A stretch of 64,000 bases of DNA, taken from positions 2,769-66,768 of the forward strand of contig CAYFUH010000004.1 in NCBI GenBank assembly GCA_964346355.1. Direction: 5' to 3'. How positions within the stretch are numbered: position 1 is the first letter of the stretch; every line of letters starts with the position of its first letter. Below the pieces are notes generated by a model that was not told the DNA's origin, searched no databases, and saw only the letters and a program-made list of their open reading frames with translations. Both the position numbers and the translations under genes were made by a program. This DNA comes from an uncultured Christensenella sp. GTDB lineage: Bacteria; Bacillota; Clostridia; Christensenellales; Aristaeellaceae. Of the stretch, positions 1 through 7,620 are shown in pieces.

Positions 1-2413
1 GCTGCAAACGGACTGCCTGCACCTTGACTGCCGGCAAACCATACGGCGCGATTCGCGGGCTGCCGTCCGCCTGTTTTTGTTCCTCCCATTGGGTAGCTTC
101 GTGGGTGAAGTAGGTGGGCATGATGCCCTCCCCCACCGCCAGCGCGCGGGTGATTCCCTCCGCAACCTGTTGTTCAAAACCCTGCAGGACAGATTTGATC
201 TGCGCATATGAGATTTCTGTCATCTTGCCGCTGACATGCGGGCAAATCTTCGCGCGGAAGGCTTCCCGCGCGTCCGCGCGCTGCTTCCAGGCCTGGAAAG
301 CGTCCTCTTCTTTGATCTGCGACAATGCCAGCATAAACGCTGCCAGTTCATCATTCAGCATCAGGCTGCCTGTCTCCGGGCAGACGGCTAAGAGCTTGCG
401 CAGGATGCGCTGCAGCTCAATGGTCTCAGGCATGCCGCTGCCCATCAGGCCAGGCAGGCCGTTCATGGCGTCACACCAGCCGGGCTTTCCGCCATCCATC
501 TCAATGCCCAGGCCGGAGGGATCCAGCAGCGCGACCTTGTTGACGGCCAGCGCCAGCAGCTTACCAAACAGCGTGGTGGTGACCGTCTTCCCCTGCGCGT
601 CCCTCAGCCAGTTGGTGCCGTTTGGGGTGAAGCCCGGGGCTTTTTCCTTCTGTTGGTCGTGCGCCAGCGCGCCATAGTGCCGCACCCCTTTTGGGGTGAT
701 GACTTGGGTATCCGCTCTGGGGCGGATATAAGCCGGGCTGTCGTAAAAACGGTAATCATCCCGGCCAAAGAACAGGTCCTCTTCTTGATCTGGATAGATG
801 GACAGATAGTCCTCAATCAAATCCAGGCAGTAATCAAAATGATCGCTCCAGTAGCCTTCGCCAAAGCCCGCCTCGATGCGCTGCACAGACAGGGCAAGCA
901 GGCCGTGGACAAGGGCTTTTAGGCTGCCCTTGATGGGCAAACGGTGGTCCAGGATGTAGGAACACAGCTGCCCCGGTGTGAAGGGGGACGCCAGCAGCGC
1001 GCGCAAGCCTTCATCCAGGTTTTGCAAATGCGTGTTAAGCAGGTCTTCCGCAGCCGCCTGTTGATCAGCAGGGATAATGAAGCTTGAGGGGCGGATTTCC
1101 AGCGGGTTGTAGCCATCCATCTGGATGAGGGACAGGAAGCTCCACACATTGAAATCCCCCACCTTGGGGTTTTGTGTGACATCATGCCGCCGGTTCTGGC
1201 AGACATCCCGGAAATTGCCGTTGCCCTGGGAGTAGAAGGTGCCCGCAGTGGTGAAGAAATTGTAGTCCCGCTCCGGGTCGCCATGCTTGCGGGAGAACAG
1301 GTGGATGATTTTGCGTGCGTCCCCTTCCCCGATAATGTGCGGATAGCCGCCGCGCAGGAAGTTATCCAGATAGGAGGACTGGATGTACTGGTCAAACAGG
1401 GGTCTGCCGGACTTGGTCCAAACATCCTTTGTGAAAACGTCCACAAGCTCCCGCGCAGCGCGCTCCTTCCGCTCAAAATAGTCCGGCTGGGCAAAAATGG
1501 GCAGCATATCCCGCAGCAAAGCGTCTGAGCCCGTAAAGCCCAGCAGGCTGCCAAAGCGCAGGGATTGGCCGGGCGCCAGTTCTGCCTTGAAAGGAGAAAA
1601 GCCGCAGGCGTATTTGTTGTAGAAAACCTGGTCTTGGTTCAATACGCCAGCCAGCCCTTCTTCCGCGAAAACCGTGGGCACCTGCAGGGAGGTCTCCTGG
1701 CCGAAGATGACGTCGGGATCAAAAATAACCTGTACCCGTTGGCCGTTATGCAGACCAAGGTAGTAATAGCCGCCGGTGATCTCCCCCACCTGGGCGGTGT
1801 CATCGGTGGTGGAACGCATGGAATAGATGGCGTAATGGTCCGCCATTCCCCTGACATCCGCCCAGCTTTTCATCAGGTTGGATACCGCTTTATACGCGTC
1901 CAGCTGCAGGCCATAAGGAAGCACACGCGGCAGGCCGTCCAGCGCCTCCAGGCTGATGGCTTGCCCGCTTAGGTTTTCAACCTGAACCTGCCGCGCCAGG
2001 GCACCGATGGGCTCCTCCGGCAGCACAAAATAGGTCACCCTTGTCTTGATGCCCAGGGTGTGGTTGATGTCCTCAATGCACAGCAGGTTGCGGTCAATCA
2101 CCATGCGCCGCGCGCTGTCAGACAGCGGGCTAAAGGGTTCATAAAACGTCCCCTTCACGCGTAAGAACGTGCGGAAACCCTTAAGCGCCACGTGTTCATA
2201 GGCGGTGTTGGCCGGGTTGAACTCCATGATGGCGTTGCCCTTGTGATGCACGCCCAGGCTGTGCACGCCCTGACCGCGGTTGCAGTAATACACCCACAGG
2301 GGAATGCCCTGCACACCAGCGATGCCGGGCAGGAAGCTGGAAAAAGTGGCCGCTTTGTCATAGTTTTCAATGACAAAGGAATCCCCCAAAAGGGCGTAGG
2401 TGGGCTTTTTCAT
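1..2413 (-). CDS. Large glycoside phosphorylase/hydrolase-like protein, N-terminal 804 aa only (gene runs off left edge); candidate beta-glucan phosphorylase
   Basis: Absent from the ORF track because it has no in-window stop. My translation from ATG 2413 (AAGGAG 9 nt upstream) stays open to nt 1: MKKPTYALLGDSFVIENYDKAATFSSFLPGIAGVQGIPLWVYYCNRGQGVHS...GGKPGWCDAMNGLPG. All listed minus ORFs here lie in another frame. Size and motifs recall the >1000-aa proteins annotated as cellobiose phosphorylase (GH94/GH149/GH161 type). The family call is from memory only. Confidence 0.6.
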   Translation of the reverse strand, partial: MKKPTYALLGDSFVIENYDKAATFSSFLPGIAGVQGIPLWVYYCNRGQGVHSLGVHHKGNAIMEFNPANTAYEHVALKGFRTFLRVKGTFYEPFSPLSDSARRMVIDRNLLCIEDINHTLGIKTRVTYFVLPEEPIGALARQVQVENLSGQAISLEALDGLPRVLPYGLQLDAYKAVSNLMKSWADVRGMADHYAIYSMRSTTDDTAQVGEITGGYYYLGLHNGQRVQVIFDPDVIFGQETSLQVPTVFAEEGLAGVLNQDQVFYNKYACGFSPFKAELAPGQSLRFGSLLGFTGSDALLRDMLPIFAQPDYFERKERAARELVDVFTKDVWTKSGRPLFDQYIQSSYLDNFLRGGYPHIIGEGDARKIIHLFSRKHGDPERDYNFFTTAGTFYSQGNGNFRDVCQNRRHDVTQNPKVGDFNVWSFLSLIQMDGYNPLEIRPSSFIIPADQQAAAEDLLNTHLQNLDEGLRALLASPFTPGQLCSYILDHRLPIKGSLKALVHGLLALSVQRIEAGFGEGYWSDHFDYCLDLIEDYLSIYPDQEEDLFFGRDDYRFYDSPAYIRPRADTQVITPKGVRHYGALAHDQQKEKAPGFTPNGTNWLRDAQGKTVTTTLFGKLLALAVNKVALLDPSGLGIEMDGGKPGWCDAMNGLPGLMGSGMPETIELQRILRKLLAVCPETGSLMLNDELAAFMLALSQIKEEDAFQAWKQRADAREAFRAKICPHVSGKMTEISYAQIKSVLQGFEQQVAEGITRALAVGEGIMPTYFTHEATQWEEQKQADGSPRIAPYGLPAVKVQAVRLQ

Positions 2414-2419
2414 GTAAGC

Positions 2420-3418
2420 TTACTCCTTGGTTTTCGCTTCAATCAGGGCATTGATTTGCGGGCTTTGGTATACGCGCACATAATCCACCAGCATCTGCTG
2501 GGGCAGCACGCCCTCATCAATCCCCCGGGCGCCGCCCCAGTTACCGCCAAAGGCGATGTTGAGCAGCAGATGATGGCGCTGGTCAAAGGGCCATTCCTTA
2601 TAGGTGGGTTGGGACACATACTGGGTGGGCTGGTAGGTGTAATAGATGGTGTCATCCACCGCAATCTGGATTTTATCCGGCAGCCAGATGAGCGTATAGG
2701 TATGGAAATCGTCACTGATATCAGGCACCTGGGTGGTCGCCGTTTTCTGTGTGCCTATGGAGTGGTGGAAGGTTTGTGTGTGAACGGAGGCATGCAATCT
2801 GCCCTGGTCATAGCCCACGTGCTCCATGATGTCAATCTCGCCGGAGGCGGGCCAGGAGCCATAGACCCAGTCCGTGGGCAGCATCCAGATGGCGGGCCAG
2901 GTGCCCAGCCCCCTCGGGATTTTGGCCCTGATCTCAAACTTGCCGTATAGCCAGTCGCCCTTGTTGCGGGTGACCAGGCGGGTGGAGGTATACTCCCGGT
3001 TGCCCTTGCTTTCCTTGCGGGCTTCAATGATAAGCAGGCCGTCTTTGACGTCCACGTTCTCGCCCCGGGTGTAATACTGCAGCTCGTTGTTGCCCCAGCC
3101 GTGGCCGCCTACGTCATAGTCCCATTTATCCGGGTTGGGCGCACCGTTTATATCAAACTCATCCGACCAGACCAGCTCATAGGTGAGCGCGTCCTCGTCA
3201 TACTCAAAACCGATGGCCTTGATGTGATCGGGGGAGATTTCTGCAATCGTATCCGGGTCTACATAGGCGCCGGAGACCTCTGTCCCTGTGCGCAGACTGC
3301 CTGGATCAAAACCGCCGTGTGTCATGGAGTCCTCCTCGTTGTCTTGGGTTTTTGCCGCCAGCGCGGAAATGTTTATGCAAAGCAAGATTGCCAAAATAAC
3401 TGTTAGGAATGAACGCAT
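2420..3418 (-). CDS. Secreted GH16 endo-beta-1,3(-1,4)-glucanase (laminarinase-like)
   Basis: ORF 2420..3484 trimmed to ATG 3418 (AAAGGAG RBS). Signal peptide MRSFLTVILAILLCINISALAA. GH16 catalytic motif EIDIME (SGEIDIMEHVG), plus WPAIWMLP and FGGNWGG. Confidence 0.9.
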   Translation of the reverse strand: MRSFLTVILAILLCINISALAAKTQDNEEDSMTHGGFDPGSLRTGTEVSGAYVDPDTIAEISPDHIKAIGFEYDEDALTYELVWSDEFDINGAPNPDKWDYDVGGHGWGNNELQYYTRGENVDVKDGLLIIEARKESKGNREYTSTRLVTRNKGDWLYGKFEIRAKIPRGLGTWPAIWMLPTDWVYGSWPASGEIDIMEHVGYDQGRLHASVHTQTFHHSIGTQKTATTQVPDISDDFHTYTLIWLPDKIQIAVDDTIYYTYQPTQYVSQPTYKEWPFDQRHHLLLNIAFGGNWGGARGIDEGVLPQQMLVDYVRVYQSPQINALIEAKTKE

Positions 3419-3428
3419 ACAAACTCCT

Positions 3429-4349
3429 TTATTCGCCGGTGATGCCGGTGTTTTCGATGCCCTGGATAAACTGTTTTTGCACAACCAGATACAAAAGGAT
3501 CAAGGGCAGGATGGAGATCAGGGTGGCCGCCATTTTGTACGCCTCGTTTAACCGGAAGGCGCTGCCGGCGGAGGAGACCAGGCTTTCAAACTGCTGGTCG
3601 AACAGGTTGAGTTTGGAAGGCAGCAATTCAATCGTGCCCGCAACCAGGGTGCCGGTGACATAGGTCTCGTTCCAGTTCCACACAAAGGAGAACAAGAAGA
3701 CCACCAGCACTGTGGTAAGCGACAGGCGCACCACCACATGGTAAAACACCTGAATCGGGCTGGCGCCGTCAATCATCGCGGCCTCGTCCAGCACGCGCGG
3801 AATCATGTTGAAGAAATTGTTGAAGATCAAAATCAACACGGTGGAATACACCCCCTGGCCCATCAGCGCCATGGCCACCTGGGGCAGCGCCGTGCCGATC
3901 ATCTTGATGCCGGTGGTCTCCTGGAAGGTGATGAACATCATCAGCCTGGGCACCATGAGGACAGGCAGGGGCACGATAAAGGCCAGCAAAATCATCATGA
4001 ACCAGAAGCGCTTGAACTTAAACTCGTACCGGGAGAGGGCGTAGCCGGTCAGCGCGGATACGATGGTCTGCGCCCCGGCTAAGAGGGCGGAAAACCAAAG
4101 GGAATTGACCAGGGATTTTTGCAAATTCAGCACCCGCGCCGCGATGCGCAGATTTTCTGTTGAGGAGGCGCGCGGCAGCCATTCCACCGCCGGGTCAATC
4201 ACGTCTGCCGCGCTCATGAAGGTTTTGGAGATGATGCGGAAGACCGGCTCCATATACACAAAACTGACGCAAATCAGGATAAAGTAGATAACCAGGTTGC
4301 CCGCTTTGTGGCCGCTGTCTTTAAACAATCTGGCTCTGAATTTTTTCAT
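3429..4349 (-). CDS. Carbohydrate ABC transporter permease (CUT1, MalG/LplC-like)
   Basis: ORF 3429..4607 trimmed to ATG 4349 (MKKFRARLF...), which forms an ATGA overlap with the upstream stop. Multi-TM protein with an EAA-type loop, LDEAAMIDGASPIQVFYHVVVRL. Confidence 0.88.
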   Translation of the reverse strand: MKKFRARLFKDSGHKAGNLVIYFILICVSFVYMEPVFRIISKTFMSAADVIDPAVEWLPRASSTENLRIAARVLNLQKSLVNSLWFSALLAGAQTIVSALTGYALSRYEFKFKRFWFMMILLAFIVPLPVLMVPRLMMFITFQETTGIKMIGTALPQVAMALMGQGVYSTVLILIFNNFFNMIPRVLDEAAMIDGASPIQVFYHVVVRLSLTTVLVVFLFSFVWNWNETYVTGTLVAGTIELLPSKLNLFDQQFESLVSSAGSAFRLNEAYKMAATLISILPLILLYLVVQKQFIQGIENTGITGE

Positions 4350-5242
4350 GGCAGCGGCACCTCCTTGTCCCTGGGCGCGCGGAAGATGAGGAAGGCGATA
4401 CCGATCATTAACAGGACCACCAGGCTGTAAATCCAGGCGTAGGTCGCGGCGTAGCCCAGGCCGTTGCTCATGTTGGCGGTCGCGGTGCGGATGAGCGTGT
4501 ACACCGTGTTGATGTTGTAGGTGGATAGCTGCGCAATGGCGAAGATGGCGCTGATGAGGGCGATGGGCCGAATCTGCGGCATGGTAATCTTCCATAAAAT
4601 CTGCCACTCATTGGCCGAGTCGATGCGCGCGGCTTCATACATGCTGGGGTTGATTTTTTGCATGCCGTTGATGAAGAGCACAATGGGGATGCCCGTAAAC
4701 CAGAGGATGGTGGACAGCTGCCGGAACACCCCCGAGAGCATGTTGGAAAAGGCCGGGGAATAGCTTTCCAGGATGTTGAACAAAAAGAGGTTGGTATACT
4801 CATCCGGCATCGCGACACCGTTGATGATCGTCTGGGAATCCAGAATCTGCCACATCACGGGGCCGGACATAATGATGACGGGCAAGAAGAAGATGGTGCG
4901 GAAGAAGGCCTTGCCCCGCTTGATGCGGTTGAGAAAATAGGCAACCACAAAGGAGACCACCACAATCATGAAGGTGTAGGGCACAATCATCATCACAAAT
5001 TCGCCCAAAGCGGGCACGAACTCCACGTTCTTGAAAAAGGCGGTGATGTAGTTTTCCCAGCCAGTGAAGGTGATCTCATACCCCCTTATGGTGGAGTTGA
5101 CGGAGGTAAAGCTAAGCCCAATCGTCGCCACGAAGGGAAAGAGGGTAAAGAGGAGAAAACCAATGATCCAGGGCGCCATGAACAGATAGCCCATCCGGTT
5201 TTGGCGGCGGGCGAAGGCTGCGTCCTTTTTGCGGTTCTTCAC
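4346..5242 (-). CDS. Carbohydrate ABC transporter permease (CUT1, MalF/LplB-like)
   Basis: 298 aa. GTG start overlaps the stop of the upstream gene (GTGA), with AAGGAGG upstream. Six predicted TM segments and EAA loop YEAARIDSANEWQILWKITMPQIRP. Confidence 0.88.
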   Translation of the reverse strand: MKNRKKDAAFARRQNRMGYLFMAPWIIGFLLFTLFPFVATIGLSFTSVNSTIRGYEITFTGWENYITAFFKNVEFVPALGEFVMMIVPYTFMIVVVSFVVAYFLNRIKRGKAFFRTIFFLPVIIMSGPVMWQILDSQTIINGVAMPDEYTNLFLFNILESYSPAFSNMLSGVFRQLSTILWFTGIPIVLFINGMQKINPSMYEAARIDSANEWQILWKITMPQIRPIALISAIFAIAQLSTYNINTVYTLIRTATANMSNGLGYAATYAWIYSLVVLLMIGIAFLIFRAPRDKEVPLP

Positions 5243-7620
5243 TCACTCACCTCCTTGATGACCACAGCGGACTGCGGCGGGATTTTCTGGTTTTCAAACT
5301 GCTGGGTTTGCGGGGTGTAGTTGATGACAATGCGCGCGGTGTCGGTATCCCTTTTATACTCGTTCACCACAACGCCGCTGGCCGGCACCTTGCGCGCAAG
5401 CCACTCAAAGCCCTGCACCTGTGACAAGGCGCCGTTGACCTGCTTGTAAATCCGGGTGATGAGGTCACGATACTGCTCAAACTCGGTGGAATAAAGCCCC
5501 GAAGACAGCGTTTCTGACAGCAGGTGCGCCGGCTGCTTGGACAGGATAAAAGCGGGGCTTATGTTGTAGTCGATCATGCGCAGGATATCCTCCTGCGTGT
5601 AGAAGGAGAAATTGCTGTAAGGCCCGTACACCTCCATGGTGCCGTGCAGCACCATTTGCAAAAAGGGCACCTCATCCGTCTCAAACACATATTGGGATCC
5701 CCCCGCCGGCGCCTGCAAAAAGCGCGTGGTAGCCTGCCATAAATAGACGTTAGGTGCCTCCAGATTCAGGCGCAGCGTGTCAGAAAGCGCCTGCATGACC
5801 TCGCGGTAGGCTGTCATGGACTGGCCCAGGGTGAGGGTAACGCCCTGGCGGTCGTAGCTGGACAGCAACTGGTTGCTGATGCCGGCGATGGTGAGTGACT
5901 GGGAAAAAGGCGCGGCGCGGCGGGCGATCTCCCTGAGCCAATCAGCGGCGATGGTGGGCAGCGCGAAGGCAAAATCGGTAACCGGCGCTGCCGGGAACAA
6001 ATCCTCCCGGTTGTTGCTGTTGTACCAGGTGTTGATATGCTTGGCTGCCGTGCCCAGGTAGGACGTCATGCGCGGGTTGATGGTGGCGTATTCCCGGGCC
6101 AGGCTGATGTCAATGCCTTGGGCCGCGTAGTGTTCAAACAGCTCTTTGAAATCCTGCTCCCGTCCGATGCCGCGGTGAAAGCGCCAGCTGTCCGGCCGCG
6201 CCAGCGTTTCAGCGCCCGCCTGCCAGCCGATGAGTCCGGCATTGATATTGGTGATGCCCAGGCCCATCACCTCGTCCAAGATCTCCCTGACATCCCCCAC
6301 CGTGGTGGTAACCACCTGCTCATGCCCGATGAGGCTTTTTTTCATGTCCGACAGGATAAAGTCCAGCCGCAGGGGCAGATCCCCTTCCTGTTTGGAACGC
6401 TTGTTGAGCACGCCTTTTTGAATCAGATGGCTGCGGTAAGCCTGGGCCATGCCGCTGTAATCAGCGCTGGGGCTGCCGTCGCTGCCATCACCATGCAGGA
6501 ACAGATAGGTCATCTTCACATCGTACTGGAAGAGGTCCTCCGCCTTTGTGAAGTAGCCGCTGCCCTTTCTGTTGTAGACCTTGTAATACTCCACGTTGTA
6601 CTCAAAGCGCGGGTAACAGAAATTGTACTTGAGGCGCAGGTTTTCCTCCGGCCGCATGATGATGTCCAGGTACTCCGCACCCTGCTCGGCATAGGCTAAA
6701 AAGGCAGCCTGCTGGTTGCCGTGGGCGATGCCAAAGACGGGCATGGTGGGGTTTTTGGTAGCCAGGGCGTCCGACTCACGGGTGCTGAAATAGGTCTGGG
6801 TAGACAGATCCGGGCCAAAGACATCGCCGATGTACTCCATAAAGGGCACCGTGTTGTCCTGGAAGCGAATCAGCGTGCCGGAGCCGTCGGGCACCAGGGC
6901 ATAGCCCGGCACGGCATACTTGGCGCGGGTATCGCCATACTCGCCGGTAGCAGGGTCATAAAACTCCGCCTCGCCGCCGCTGGCACCCAAAAAGGGCGTA
7001 ATCCACAGCGCGGTGAAGACGCTTTTGCCGCTGCCGGTGATGTCCGCGATGGGTACTTCATACTGCAGGCCTTTCTCAAGCAGGGTGACATAGACCTTGA
7101 TCTGAAGGTCGATCTCTTTGAAGTCTACCGCCAGCACAAATTGGTTATCCGTGCCGGGCACAGCTTCTAGCTGGCTGTCCACATTTTTTTCCGCGGCGCT
7201 GCCCAGGTAGAAGATCTTGCCGTCGCGGTACTCGATGGTGATGAGGGAATTGGCCACGCCGATGTAGGTGGCGTTCATACTTTTTTCAATGGGCTCTGCC
7301 GCGATCAGCTTTTCCTCATCTGTTTTGGCCTGCTTGAGTGCATCCTTAATCTGCTTGGAAAAGCCAATGTCCGCGCCTGTTTTCCATACATAGCCGTTGG
7401 CCTTGTCCAAGACGGCCAGGATGTCCCTGTCCTCCCGCCAGTAATAAACAGCGCTGTTTGTTTCATATAGTAGCGTGTAGGCGTCCAAATTGGGCTGCTC
7501 CATCTTCACCAGCGCAGGCGCGGGCTTGGTGTCACGCTGGGTGGGCACATACACCTCTTCCATGCCTGCATCAGAAAAAAGCAAGAGGAGCAGGAGCAAA
7601 AATACAATCATTTTACGCAT
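5239..7620 (-). CDS. Secreted or membrane-anchored 793-aa protein of unknown function (possibly the family annotated DUF5696)
   Basis: ORF 5239..7644 trimmed to ATG 7620. N-terminal hydrophobic anchor MRKMIVFLLLLLLLF. I could recognise no catalytic motif. The C-terminal half contains LDFILSDM...GWQAGAE...VPFLQMVLHGTMEVYGP. The 8-nt overlap with the upstream gene and the GTGA overlap downstream argue for real, coupled translation. Confidence 0.7.
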   Translation of the reverse strand: MRKMIVFLLLLLLLFSDAGMEEVYVPTQRDTKPAPALVKMEQPNLDAYTLLYETNSAVYYWREDRDILAVLDKANGYVWKTGADIGFSKQIKDALKQAKTDEEKLIAAEPIEKSMNATYIGVANSLITIEYRDGKIFYLGSAAEKNVDSQLEAVPGTDNQFVLAVDFKEIDLQIKVYVTLLEKGLQYEVPIADITGSGKSVFTALWITPFLGASGGEAEFYDPATGEYGDTRAKYAVPGYALVPDGSGTLIRFQDNTVPFMEYIGDVFGPDLSTQTYFSTRESDALATKNPTMPVFGIAHGNQQAAFLAYAEQGAEYLDIIMRPEENLRLKYNFCYPRFEYNVEYYKVYNRKGSGYFTKAEDLFQYDVKMTYLFLHGDGSDGSPSADYSGMAQAYRSHLIQKGVLNKRSKQEGDLPLRLDFILSDMKKSLIGHEQVVTTTVGDVREILDEVMGLGITNINAGLIGWQAGAETLARPDSWRFHRGIGREQDFKELFEHYAAQGIDISLAREYATINPRMTSYLGTAAKHINTWYNSNNREDLFPAAPVTDFAFALPTIAADWLREIARRAAPFSQSLTIAGISNQLLSSYDRQGVTLTLGQSMTAYREVMQALSDTLRLNLEAPNVYLWQATTRFLQAPAGGSQYVFETDEVPFLQMVLHGTMEVYGPYSNFSFYTQEDILRMIDYNISPAFILSKQPAHLLSETLSSGLYSTEFEQYRDLITRIYKQVNGALSQVQGFEWLARKVPASGVVVNEYKRDTDTARIVINYTPQTQQFENQKIPPQSAVVIKEVSE

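Noticed and set aside
114-2376. Listed ORFs 114..677(+), 604..816(-), 653..922(+), 919..1554(-), 1172..1528(+), 1565..1972(+) and 2155..2376(-)
   Set aside because: None is in the frame of the long open minus-strand reading frame that starts at 2413 and runs off the window. Their sequences are Cys/Arg/Ser/Pro-rich nonsense, and the real gene is simply missing from the track.
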